A DNA stretch of 64,000 nt from a virus, in IMG/VR virus record IMGVR_UViG_3300017605_000342, positions 96,875 to 160,874 of that record; one strand, 5' to 3'. Within the stretch, counting starts at the first letter, position 1; the number at the start of each line of letters is the position of its first letter. A program made the translations under genes and the position numbers. Below the pieces are notes generated by a model that was not told the DNA's origin, did not search any database, and worked only from the letters and a program-made list of their open reading frames with translations. Shown here one piece after another: positions 39,582-47,965 of the stretch.

Positions 39582-40381
39582 ATATGCTTAGACAACAAAA
39601 ACTCAGTTGGTACCAACGTTGGCGCATTAAATTCGATTGGTGGTGGAATCCGCCAACCAAGGAAACCATGTGTGGTACCAAGATCAAGTATCGAGAATCT
39701 TCCGCTAGACGGGCAGCCGAAGCTATGGAACGCAAGCGGGGCGTGGTTTTTGATGCATACAAATGCCGCTTCTGTGACGGCTGGCATGTAGGCAAGGCAA
39801 GGGATGTGTGAATGTATAGACAATTTGAGTTAGAGTCTGAGAATAAAAAACATGTTTGTTGGATTGAAGATGATCCAAAGCTAAAAGTAGGCGCTTTATT
39901 TTCGTTTAAAAACGATCCTGTTGTGTGGAAGATTACACGTAAATATGGCATAGCTTTAGAAAAACCACCACGCACAGACTGGAATAACAACATATGACAA
40001 ACGCAGAAATAGACGACGCGATAAAAGATTTAGACAATGAATACTGGAAACTTTTGAAAGGCTATCTAACCGAAGATGCGATTGTTTGTGGTCACACCCG
40101 CCCCAGTGTATCCAAAGGTGAGTTAATAAAGCAACTGACAGACGACTACTACAATAAAAAGATAGCACTAGAAGCAATGCGTACCGGAGGGGCACAGGCA
40201 TGACATACAGATGTGTCGGCGTAGCGTCCTCGATTACCGAGATAGGCGCTATATTGTACGATGTAGAGTTTGACGGTAGCGATGGTTCAACTTTACTGTT
40301 AGCAAACACCACAGATGCCCACTATAATCTGGGTATGTTGTACACTTTAACCCTAGATGGGTTTCTGCCTGCGGAGGGCCA

Positions 40382-40747
40382 ATGACTTTTAATGTCGGAT
40401 CAGACGTGCATGAGACACTAACATTCTCAGATTATCAGCGATTAGCGCTGACTACAGCAAAGTACCCCAACGTAGGGAGTAATTACATCTACCCGCTATT
40501 AGGGCTTGCTGGCGAGTCCGGTGAAATCTTTGAGAAGGTTAAAAAGGTTCAGCGTGACGGGGACGGTAGCTTCACAGAAGAGAAGTTGCTGGAATTGAAA
40601 AAAGAAATCGGCGACGTGTTTTGGTACCTAGCCGCATTGTGCTCTGAATTCAAGTTTGACTTGGGTGATGTAGCGGTTGGCAATCTAGAAAAACTGTTCT
40701 CCCGTAGAGCACGCGGAGTTATCTCAGGAAGTGGTGACAATCGATGA
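40382..40747 (+). CDS. MazG-like nucleotide pyrophosphohydrolase
   Basis: LGLAGESGEIFEKVKK...KEIGDVFWY...NLEKLFSR...SGSGDNR. Confidence 0.9.
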   Translation: MTFNVGSDVHETLTFSDYQRLALTTAKYPNVGSNYIYPLLGLAGESGEIFEKVKKVQRDGDGSFTEEKLLELKKEIGDVFWYLAALCSEFKFDLGDVAVGNLEKLFSRRARGVISGSGDNR

Positions 40748-40969
40748 CAGACGAAGAAAAAGTAGTGTATAAAGATCCTGAAACAACATACAAACTGTTG
40801 CTAGCATGTGATAAAATTGGGATTACAACCGAAAAAGGCAAATGGACAATAGCACGTGTAGAACAACTTAAGGCTGAGGGTGATCCCCATGCAGTCCTTA
40901 AAGCTATTTTTGAGGCTTCTGAAGTATGGGACGGCTTCGACCACGACAAAAAACTTCCGGTAAACTAAT

Positions 40970-41716
40970 ATGCAAGACTCTCTCGGTGACAGAATGAAGA
41001 ATGACTACGAAAACAGGACTCGGTACTCCCTGCCCCGTAGAACCTACACACTGGCGCGTATAGACGGTAAGGCGTTTCATACTTTTACTAAAAACTGCAC
41101 CGCACCGTTCGATGTACGCCTCATGAATTCCATGAACTATGCAACTAGGGCCGTATGCGAAGGAACTCAAGGCTGTCAGTTTGCGTATGTTCAATCTGAT
41201 GAAGCGTCGTTCTTACTAACCGATTTCGATAACGTAAACACAGCAGCATACTTTGACGGTAATTTGCAAAAGATTTGTTCCATTATGGCGTCGATGTTTA
41301 CTGCAAAGTTTAACTATAGCTACTCTAATCTGCATAGCAAAGACATGTCATGTGCAATGTTCGATTGCCGGGTGTTCTCAATCCCAGATCCTATCGAGGT
41401 AGAAAACTACTTTTACTGGAGATGGTCCGATTGGCGACGTAATTTCTCTCAGACTGTTGGCAGAACTCACTTCTCGCACAACGAACTTGAGGGACTAAAC
41501 CGTCAGCAGATACAAGACAAACTGTACAACGAAAAACAAGTTGATTTGGCAGTATTTCCAGAAGAACAGAAACATGGCAGGTTGTGTGTTAAAAAGAATG
41601 TAGTTATAGGACTACCAGCCACAATAGTTAGTTCTTTTTGGGAAGTAATTCCATGTATGAATTTTAAAGAAAACAGAGACGTATTGCAAAGCTTAGTACC
41701 TAGACCTGGATATTGA
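40970..41716 (+). CDS. Thg1-like tRNA(His) guanylyltransferase / 3'-5' polymerase
   Basis: RMKNDYE, RIDGKAFHTFT, YVQSDE and FDCRV motifs. Confidence 0.9.
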   Translation: MQDSLGDRMKNDYENRTRYSLPRRTYTLARIDGKAFHTFTKNCTAPFDVRLMNSMNYATRAVCEGTQGCQFAYVQSDEASFLLTDFDNVNTAAYFDGNLQKICSIMASMFTAKFNYSYSNLHSKDMSCAMFDCRVFSIPDPIEVENYFYWRWSDWRRNFSQTVGRTHFSHNELEGLNRQQIQDKLYNEKQVDLAVFPEEQKHGRLCVKKNVVIGLPATIVSSFWEVIPCMNFKENRDVLQSLVPRPGY

Positions 41717-42368
41717 AATGAAGAAACTGTACAACTCTAAGGAGTTTAAATTGTGGCCTCACCCGTTTGTGGTGAACCACCTGCCACGGATTCCCGATAA
41801 TGCTACTGTATCCGTGGCAGATCTCAATCTTACGGAAGCACAACAGTTCTGCTGCCACCTGATTGAGCAACAAGAAAAAATGAGTAGTAAATTATTAAAG
41901 TTGGTGGGCACTATTAAAGATGAGTTATATTACAGACGAGATTTTAGAAGGGACTGAAGAATACATACACGAGGCTGCGGAAAGGTTGTTTGATGAATAT
42001 TCATTACTTGAATCATTTCATTGGGAACAAGGATATGACGAAGAAGGTACCCAGTTCTGCGCGGAAAACTTCGAGGTCAACGACGGAGCTTATTACGGGG
42101 AAGATCGACTGTGGCGTTACAACGTATGCAATCAACTCCGCTGGACGTTTGACTCCTTGGAACCAGAGAACCTATTTGCCCTGTATGGAAAAAACGTCAG
42201 AGTTACGGTGACTAGAGATGGCACGGAAACCACGTCGCTTGGATAAAGTCAAGCTACTGAAGGAAATTAGCCGGGAAAGGCTGGGTCCACCAAAACCCGG
42301 CAAAGTCCTTAAAACAAAAAAACGTAGTAGATTAGCAAAAGCTATTACCAAAGATGTACTAGAAGAGA

Positions 42369-42608
42369 TTAGGTCACTTTAATCTCGACTTTTCTGGCTT
42401 CAGTCTTTTTTCGGGGTACAGTGATGGTCAGCACATTGTCTTTGATATCGGCGCTAATCGCTGTAATGTCAAAGTTATCAGGGATATGGCAGCGATAGGT
42501 CAGTGATTCGTCTTTGCTATCTGGAAGCGATCTGGAAATATCAGGCAATTCTTGAAAAAAGTAGTTGACAAAATCAAAATCTCGTGCTAGTCTTGTTAGT
42601 GAGTTCAT
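42369..42608 (-). CDS. Minimal Hsp20/alpha-crystallin small heat-shock protein
   Basis: IPDNFDITAISADIKDNVLTITVPRK...RKVEIK (IxI tail); own promoter and SD. Confidence 0.75.
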   Translation of the reverse strand: MNSLTRLARDFDFVNYFFQELPDISRSLPDSKDESLTYRCHIPDNFDITAISADIKDNVLTITVPRKKTEARKVEIKVT

Positions 42609-42642
42609 AGAAGTCTCCTTCGGGAAATGTCCCGTAGAGGTT

Positions 42643-42671
42643 ATTATAAGATCCTACTTGAGGGTTGTCAA
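42643..42671 (-). promoter_or_regulatory. Consensus sigma70 promoter for hsp20
   Basis: TTGACA-17 nt-TATAAT, a perfect consensus. Confidence 0.8.
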
Positions 42672-42705
42672 ATGACAAGCGATAGCGACCCAAACCCCAG
42701 CATGT

Positions 42706-42779
42706 CTGGGAATGGTGTAAAGGCCGCATCCCTGTTTTGGATACAGGAAGGCTAGGTTCGATTCCTAGTTCCCAGACCA
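42706..42779 (+). tRNA. tRNA-Pro(TGG), copy 2
   Basis: CTGGGAA/TTCCCAG acceptor, CCTGT-TTTGGAT-ACAGG anticodon arm (A37), T-loop TTCGATT, CCA. Confidence 0.85.
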
Positions 42780-42854
42780 CCCACGAAAAGGACTAAAGTT
42801 TCGTTCTACGAAAGCCGTATAATGGAAATGTACAGGTTGTGTGGTAAATGACTC

Positions 42855-43116
42855 GTGGTCCCATTTAAATGTAAAAAATGTGATGTTGCTGAGCCGTACA
42901 TTTATATCAATAAGTACGGAAAGCCAAGACGTAGATGTCGAACCTGTGCAGATGTCTATAATAAAAAGTGGGTTAAAGACCACAGGAACCACGTTTGGGT
43001 CTAGAATATATCTCTTACTACGCAACATGGGTTATCCCAAAGACGAATATCAGTTACTCTGTCATAACTGTAATTGTGCCAAAGGTTTTTACGGTGTTTG
43101 TCCACACAAGAGGTAG
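42855..43116 (+). pseudogene. Disrupted HNH endonuclease
   Basis: One frame gives FKCKKC...RCRTC (stop). Another frame gives the HNH C-terminus GYPKDEYQLLCHNCNCAKGFYGVCPH. The central DH core is missing. Confidence 0.55.
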
Positions 43117-43630
43117 AAATGGTATGTGGTAGTGATTCCTTTTACATGCACTACGTAATGACGGCCACAGCGATGCGTCGGGAATCGGAAAAGCAAGAAC
43201 TTGCTCTGAAGGCAAGAGTAGATATCTTGACTGACGCTATGATGTTGTTGATCTACGCAGGGAAAGAGACTATAACTGGCAAAGACAGAGTTGATACCAT
43301 GTTTTTAGAGTATTTCGAGCGATTAACGGAACTAGTCAATGAGTCGCGGCCTTGAACTAACGTTCTTTTTGATGATGTTGGCGGGGTTGATCGGGTTTAT
43401 GTGGCACGAAGCTCGTAAAGACCGTACCTGTAGTATAACAGAAATGTATAGGTCTATGGGCCATGACAGCACTGAACGTGAGGGAGTGTGGCTGGACCTA
43501 GACGGAAAGCAAGAACATTGCCGGTATATTTTTTTCGAACACGGACCAGGTAGAATAGTTGGCAGCGTTGATCGGTGTCCTGAAGGACACTTGGTTATTT
43601 CAATCTCAATTCCGAAAGGACACTATCCCA

Positions 43631-44380
43631 GTGAGTAAATTACACGAACTTCTAGCAGTCGATTCAAGCTTGAAAGGTCAGGCGGAAAAAACCCGCACTG
43701 AATTAAAAAACACGTTTGAGAAAAAGCGTCATTTGTTTGAAGAGAAGAAAGTAACATTCAAGTCTTTTGACGAAGGTAAGACTCCTATTACTGAGGAACA
43801 GAAAGACATCCAGTCTACTGTTAATCAAGAACTAAAATGGATTTCTGACTTCCTGTCAAACGCAATCAACGTCAGTTTGCAGATTTCTGAGGCAAACACT
43901 GTGGCAAAGGCTTCTATCGTGCTGGATAACGGCACAGAGATTGCCAAAGACGTGCCGGCAACCCACTTGCTGGAGCTAGAAAAGAAGCTAAAAGACATTC
44001 AGGATTTGGTTTTTGCTGTCCCCACACTCGATCCTGCCAAGGGTTTTGTGGAAGATCCGGGCCGTGGCAAAAACATCTTCAAGGCGCGTGACGTTTCTAA
44101 GACACGTACCAAAAAGAAGAATGAAGTTTTAATCCTGTATCCACACACAGAACAGCATCCAGCACAGACGAAGGAAATTGTGGTGGACGTACCTGTGGGA
44201 GAAATTTTGGAACAAGAGTGGTCAGGGCTTATCACCCCGGCTGCAAAAGCTGACATGTTGTCGCGGGTTGAAGACCTAACAAGAGCCGTAAAGAAGGCAA
44301 GATCGCGTGCTAACGAAGTCGAAGTTAAATCCAAGCCTTCTCTCGGACAGACGTTGGTAAATCACATTTTCGGGTTCTAG
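43631..44380 (+). CDS. Conserved helical protein of unknown function (resembles DUF7873-type proteins from memory; unverified)
   Basis: Probable GTG start (MSKLHELLAV); VPATHLLELEK, PTLDPA, TEQHPAQ and VKKARSRAN motifs; followed directly by a structured RNA. Confidence 0.7.
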   Translation: MSKLHELLAVDSSLKGQAEKTRTELKNTFEKKRHLFEEKKVTFKSFDEGKTPITEEQKDIQSTVNQELKWISDFLSNAINVSLQISEANTVAKASIVLDNGTEIAKDVPATHLLELEKKLKDIQDLVFAVPTLDPAKGFVEDPGRGKNIFKARDVSKTRTKKKNEVLILYPHTEQHPAQTKEIVVDVPVGEILEQEWSGLITPAAKADMLSRVEDLTRAVKKARSRANEVEVKSKPSLGQTLVNHIFGF

Positions 44381-44655
44381 TAGGCTCACAGTTAAGGTTC
44401 AAGCTAATGGCGTTGTGGCAACAACGCGCTCAAGCTGAGGCTTTCACTAGATGAGGCTTACGTTGCGGTCCTGAGGGTGCAAGTTGATTCAGATTCGCTA
44501 ACCTTCTACGTTGGTTCAAATCCAACCTGGGCGGCCAAACAAATTGCATGTAGTTTATGCCTATCGCCCGGTAGTTTAGTGGTAAAACAGAAGACATAAA
44601 GTTGAGATCTGGGTCGTAACTATTCTCTCTAAATGGATTGCGTTCATTCGACCTA
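44381..44655 (+). ncRNA. Large structured RNA with embedded circularly permuted tRNA-like domain
   Basis: T-arm GTTGG-TTCAAAT-CCAAC, then CTGGGCG-G-CCA, a linker, CGCCCGG-TA and a D-arm GTTT-AGTGGTA-AAAC. Closed by CTTCT/AGAAG and the outer helix GTTGCGGTCC/GGGTCGTAAC. Boundaries approximate. Confidence 0.7.
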
Positions 44656-44678
44656 TTTTAAAGGTGATGAAACACACA

Positions 44679-44708
44679 GGGGCGGTTCGCGTGCTAGCGG
44701 GCCGCTCC
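44679..44708 (+). other. GC-rich hairpin downstream of the ncRNA
   Basis: GGGGCGGTTCGC-GTGCTA-GCGGGCCGCTCC; no U-tract. Confidence 0.5.
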
Positions 44709-44730
44709 ACTCTACACTAAGGTAAGAACA

Positions 44731-44985
44731 ATGGGAAAAGTGATTGTTGGATTTTTACTGTGTTTGATCGGCGTTGTTGTCGGTGCTTATGTTGGAATTT
44801 ATTGGGCCTTTATCGGCGGTATAGTTCAAGTTGTTACAGCAGTGCGGGCCGTCGAGCTTCTGGTTTGGCCTCTGGCTATCGGGATTGCGAAGATCATGTT
44901 CGCGGGGTTGGCGGGTTGGGTGTCGGCTTTTGTGTTCTGGATTCCCGGTGGTATTATGTTAGGCGCGGGATTGGACGAACTTTAA
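44731..44985 (+). CDS. Small two-helix membrane protein
   Basis: Almost entirely hydrophobic. Confidence 0.6.
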   Translation: MGKVIVGFLLCLIGVVVGAYVGIYWAFIGGIVQVVTAVRAVELLVWPLAIGIAKIMFAGLAGWVSAFVFWIPGGIMLGAGLDEL

Positions 44986-45225
44986 ACTAAAGTTTTATCA
45001 GCGAAATGTCGATAGGTAGGCATAGTTTCTACGGATTAAACGAGATCAAGTTGTCTTGCGGGCATAATGCTCATTCAGCTTGCGGTCGTTGTGAGAAATG
45101 TTACCAGTGCAATCACAGATCGTGGTACTCTGGTACTTCAAAAGCTTGGTACTGGCAGTGCGAAAACAAGACGGTCAGGAAAGCTCTAGGCTTTGAAACA
45201 ACGTTTCTCTCAGAAGAATTTTAAC

Positions 45226-45376
45226 TCTGACATAGTGCTTGCACGTCATACTTCTTATAGGAACCGCTGCCCTTACGGGTGCTGTGGGTTCGACCCCCAC
45301 CTTGGTGCTTCGGCATCTTGTGGCGAAACTGGCAAACGCGGCGGTAAAAGGCAGACTGCTAATAATTCTTGTCAGA
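45226..45376 (+). ncRNA. Y RNA-like 1 (YrlA-type; permuted class II/Leu-like tRNA domain)
   Basis: TCTGACA-TAGTG..ATACTTC / TTCT-TGTCAGA; variable arm GCCC-TTAC-GGGT, T-loop TTCGACC, UUCG-capped acceptor, D-arm GCGAAACTGGCAAACGC. Confidence 0.8.
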
Positions 45377-45391
45377 TATAAATTTAAGATA

Positions 45392-45454
45392 ACCGTGGTG
45401 TCTGGGTACAGTTACTTCAATTGGTGAAAAACGCTGTATTCAAGTGTTCCCGGT
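45392..45454 (+). ncRNA. Y RNA-like 2 (minimal)
   Basis: ACCG-TGGTG-TC-TGGGTACAG-TTACTTC...CTGTATTCA..TTCC-CGGT. Confidence 0.7.
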
Positions 45455-45484
45455 ATTAAGTTGAGGCGGCTACGGCTGCCTTAT

Positions 45485-45580
45485 GAAAACATCATAGTGA
45501 AGGATACGGTTACTTCTTTCTAACCAAAAGTCGGCTCTACGGGCCGAAACGTTCCGTGCCGCTCGTTCTTGATGCTTTTC
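45485..45580 (+). ncRNA. Y RNA-like 3 (hairpin insert)
   Basis: CATCA-TAGTG-AA-GGATACGG-TTACTTC...CCGTGCC..TTCT-TGATG; insert TCGGCTC-TACG-GGCCGA. Confidence 0.7.
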
Positions 45581-45584
45581 CAAT

Positions 45585-45669
45585 AACGGTCATAGTGCCG
45601 AAACAGTTACTTCTTTAACCGTGCTTTCGAGCGCCCAACAAAAGCCTGTTTCACTCATTCTTGGCTGTT
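45585..45669 (+). ncRNA. Y RNA-like 4 (hairpin insert)
   Basis: AACGGTCA-TAGTG-CC-GAAACAG-TTACTTC...CTGTTTC..TTCT-TGGCTGTT; insert GTGCT-TTCG-AGCGC. Confidence 0.7.
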
Positions 45670-45702
45670 TGCTAACTAATGGTCATTCCTTAGGAGAACA
45701 CA

Positions 45703-47061
45703 ATGAAGTCAAATGTTAAAAGAGTCAAAGCACCTGTATATACCCACGAAGGTGCGCGTGCGTACAATATCAGCGCATACAATGAGCTACGCAGATCTAT
45801 TCTAAGCTGCTTGCTGTGGGAAAAAGAGTTTTACGAAAGTGGCGTTGACATTGCAAAGCGTGTCGCTGATCTGGTCACGAAAGTGTCGCCGGATAAGGTT
45901 GCTGCTCTAGCTATCGAGGCGAGAGAGAAACAGCATTTGCGCCACATGCCTCTGTTCTTGGTACGACAGATGGCTAAGTTGGATACACACAAATACCTAG
46001 TTGCGGAAACTTTGCAGCGCGTGATTCAGCGTGCTGACGAACTGGCTGAGTTCTTGGCGATTTACTTTGGAGACAACAAGTCACAGCCGCTGTCTGCACA
46101 GGTGAAAAAGGGCCTTGCAAAAGCCTTTGATAAGTTCAACGAATATCAGTTTGCAAAGTATGATCGTGACGGCGACTTCAAGTTGCGTGACGTGATGTTT
46201 TTGACTCACCCTCGTCCGAAGGAAACTTCAGGGACTTACGGGAAAAAGCGTCAGCGTCTAACGTCTGAGGAAAAGCTGTTCAAGGGTATCGCAGAGCGCA
46301 CACTGGCAACCCCGGACACGTGGGAAGTGGAACTGTCTGCGGGTGCTGACAAGCGTGCGACCTTCGAGCGTTTGATTGCAGAAGAAAAGCTTGGTGGTTT
46401 GGCTTTCTTGCGCAACCTACGCAACATGGCACAAGCTGGTGTTGATCGCAAGGTAATTAAAAGATACGTAGAATCTTCAAACTTTAAGCGTGTGCTGCCT
46501 TTTAGATTTATTTCTGCTGCAAGATTCGTTCCTCAGTGGGAAGACCTGATCGAGCAGGGCATGTTGAAATGTGTTGCAGATTTTGAAAAGATGCCTGGAC
46601 GCACTGTGTTGCTTGTAGACGTTTCTGGGTCTATGAACGACAAGTTGTCGGGTAAGTCTGAAATGTTGAGACTGGATGCGGCCTACGGGTTGGCAATTCT
46701 GGTCCGAGAGTTGTGTGAAGATTCAAGTATTTATAGCTTCTCAAATAGCACGATTGCAATTCCTAATAGACGCGGGTTTGCTCTGCGGGATGCCATCGAC
46801 AAGTCGCAATCACACGGCGGCACGTTGCTAGGCGAAGCTGTGAAGCATGTAGATAAGCATGTGAAATATGATCGGCTGATCGTTATCACAGACGAGCAGT
46901 CACACGACCGTGTGCCGGCTCCTAAAGGTAAAGGTTACATGATTAACATCGCATCAAATCGAAATGGTGTCGGTTACGGTCCTTGGACACACATTGACGG
47001 ATTTTCGGAAAATGTGGTAACTTACATCTTGCAGGCTGAACAGTTTTCTGAGACACGCTAA
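45703..47061 (+). CDS. rsr: Ro60/Rsr TROVE-domain RNA-binding protein
   Basis: THEGA, LLWEKEFYESG, QRADELAEF, FNEYQFAKY, TPDTWEVELS, LRNLRN, LPFRF; vWA VDVSGSM and ITDEQ; SD AGGAG. Confidence 0.93.
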   Translation: MKSNVKRVKAPVYTHEGARAYNISAYNELRRSILSCLLWEKEFYESGVDIAKRVADLVTKVSPDKVAALAIEAREKQHLRHMPLFLVRQMAKLDTHKYLVAETLQRVIQRADELAEFLAIYFGDNKSQPLSAQVKKGLAKAFDKFNEYQFAKYDRDGDFKLRDVMFLTHPRPKETSGTYGKKRQRLTSEEKLFKGIAERTLATPDTWEVELSAGADKRATFERLIAEEKLGGLAFLRNLRNMAQAGVDRKVIKRYVESSNFKRVLPFRFISAARFVPQWEDLIEQGMLKCVADFEKMPGRTVLLVDVSGSMNDKLSGKSEMLRLDAAYGLAILVRELCEDSSIYSFSNSTIAIPNRRGFALRDAIDKSQSHGGTLLGEAVKHVDKHVKYDRLIVITDEQSHDRVPAPKGKGYMINIASNRNGVGYGPWTHIDGFSENVVTYILQAEQFSETR

Positions 47062-47068
47062 ACAAGAA

Positions 47069-47198
47069 AGCCAATGGTGCTAGGAAACAGATACTTCTCC
47101 TTTTAAGAGGGTGAACCGAGGGTCGAATCTCGGCATGTGCATCTGCACTGTAGCTTATAGCAAAGCACCAAACGTCCTGTTCCGCTCTTTCCTTGGCT
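47069..47198 (+). ncRNA. Y RNA-like 5 (degenerate permuted tRNA domain with Lys-UUU-like loop)
   Basis: AGCCAA-TGGTG..ATACTTC / TTCC-TTGGCT; CTC-CTTTTAA-GAG, CCGAG-GGTCGAAT-CTCGG, GCTT..AAGC D-like arm. Confidence 0.75.
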
Positions 47199-47239
47199 CC
47201 AAGAGTGCCGGGTAGCCACTAGGTTATCCGGCATCAAAA

Positions 47240-47375
47240 ACCTAATGGTGTTAGAGACAGATACTTCTCCTTGAATAGAGAGTGATCTGGGTTCGAATCC
47301 CAGCGGCCCCAACACTGTGGGGCTGTAGTTTAACGGAAAAACCCTAAAAATAGCTGTTTCGTCTGTTCCTTAGGT
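47240..47375 (+). ncRNA. Y RNA-like 6 (permuted tRNA domain)
   Basis: ACCTAA-TGGTG..ATACTTC / TTCC-TTAGGT; CTGGG-TTCGAAT-CCCAG, CGGCCCC/GGGGCTG closed acceptor, GTTT..AAAC D-arm. Confidence 0.8.
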
Positions 47376-47402
47376 ACACATAAAACAAACAAAGGGAAAC
47401 AA

Positions 47403-47807
47403 ATGGCAAACTCAATCAACAAAGTGACTTTGGTAGGTAGACTTGGAAAAAATCCTGACCTTTCTTTTTTGCCCTCTGGCGTAGCAGTTGCAAAGTTTCC
47501 TGTCGCAACTGACGAGCAGTGGACAGATAAAGACGGTAACAAGCAGGAACGCACAGAATGGCATAACGTAGTGGCATGGCGCAAACTGGCCGAGATTTGC
47601 GCGAAGTACCTCGTTAAAGGCAAGTTGGTCTACCTGGACGGCAAGATCCAAACTCGGTCTTACGAAGATAAAGAGGGCAATAAGCGGTACATTACAGAGA
47701 TTATCGCCGATAATATGGTGATGTTGTCTCGTACTGGTGAAGGTAGTGACGACGCTGCTAAGACGGCGGCGGCAACTGCCGGAAGCGACGGTGACGCTCC
47801 CTTCTAA
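47403..47807 (+). CDS. ssb: Single-stranded DNA-binding protein
   Basis: INKVTLVGRLGKNP, TEWHNVV, YLDGKIQTR; acidic DAPF C-terminus. Confidence 0.95.
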   Translation: MANSINKVTLVGRLGKNPDLSFLPSGVAVAKFPVATDEQWTDKDGNKQERTEWHNVVAWRKLAEICAKYLVKGKLVYLDGKIQTRSYEDKEGNKRYITEIIADNMVMLSRTGEGSDDAAKTAAATAGSDGDAPF

Positions 47808-47815
47808 CAATTTAC

Positions 47816-47890
47816 TGCGGGTGAGTGAACCGGTTGTCACGCTAGTCTCATAAGCTAGAAAGCAGGGTTCAACTCCCTGACCCGCAACCA
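47816..47890 (+). tRNA. tRNA-Met(CAT)
   Basis: TGCGGGT/ACCCGCA acceptor, CTAGT-CTCATAA-GCTAG, T-loop TTCAACT, CCA. Confidence 0.88.
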
Positions 47891-47894
47891 AAAT

Positions 47895-47961
47895 TCCGAT
47901 GGTGCAGATTACAGTTACTTCTATCTAAAGAAAAAACGACTGTGATCGTTAATTCCTCGGA
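47895..47961 (+). ncRNA. Y RNA-like 7 (minimal)
   Basis: TCCGA-TGGTG-CA-GATTACAG-TTACTTC...CTGTGATC..TTCC-TCGGA. Confidence 0.72.
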
Positions 47962-47965
47962 TACA

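Noticed and set aside
44381-44655. Permuted two-piece tmRNA
   Set aside because: The acceptor lacks Ala identity (no G3:U70; G73), a full D-stem is present, and no tag ORF ending in AA-stop is evident. Not fully excluded without cmscan.
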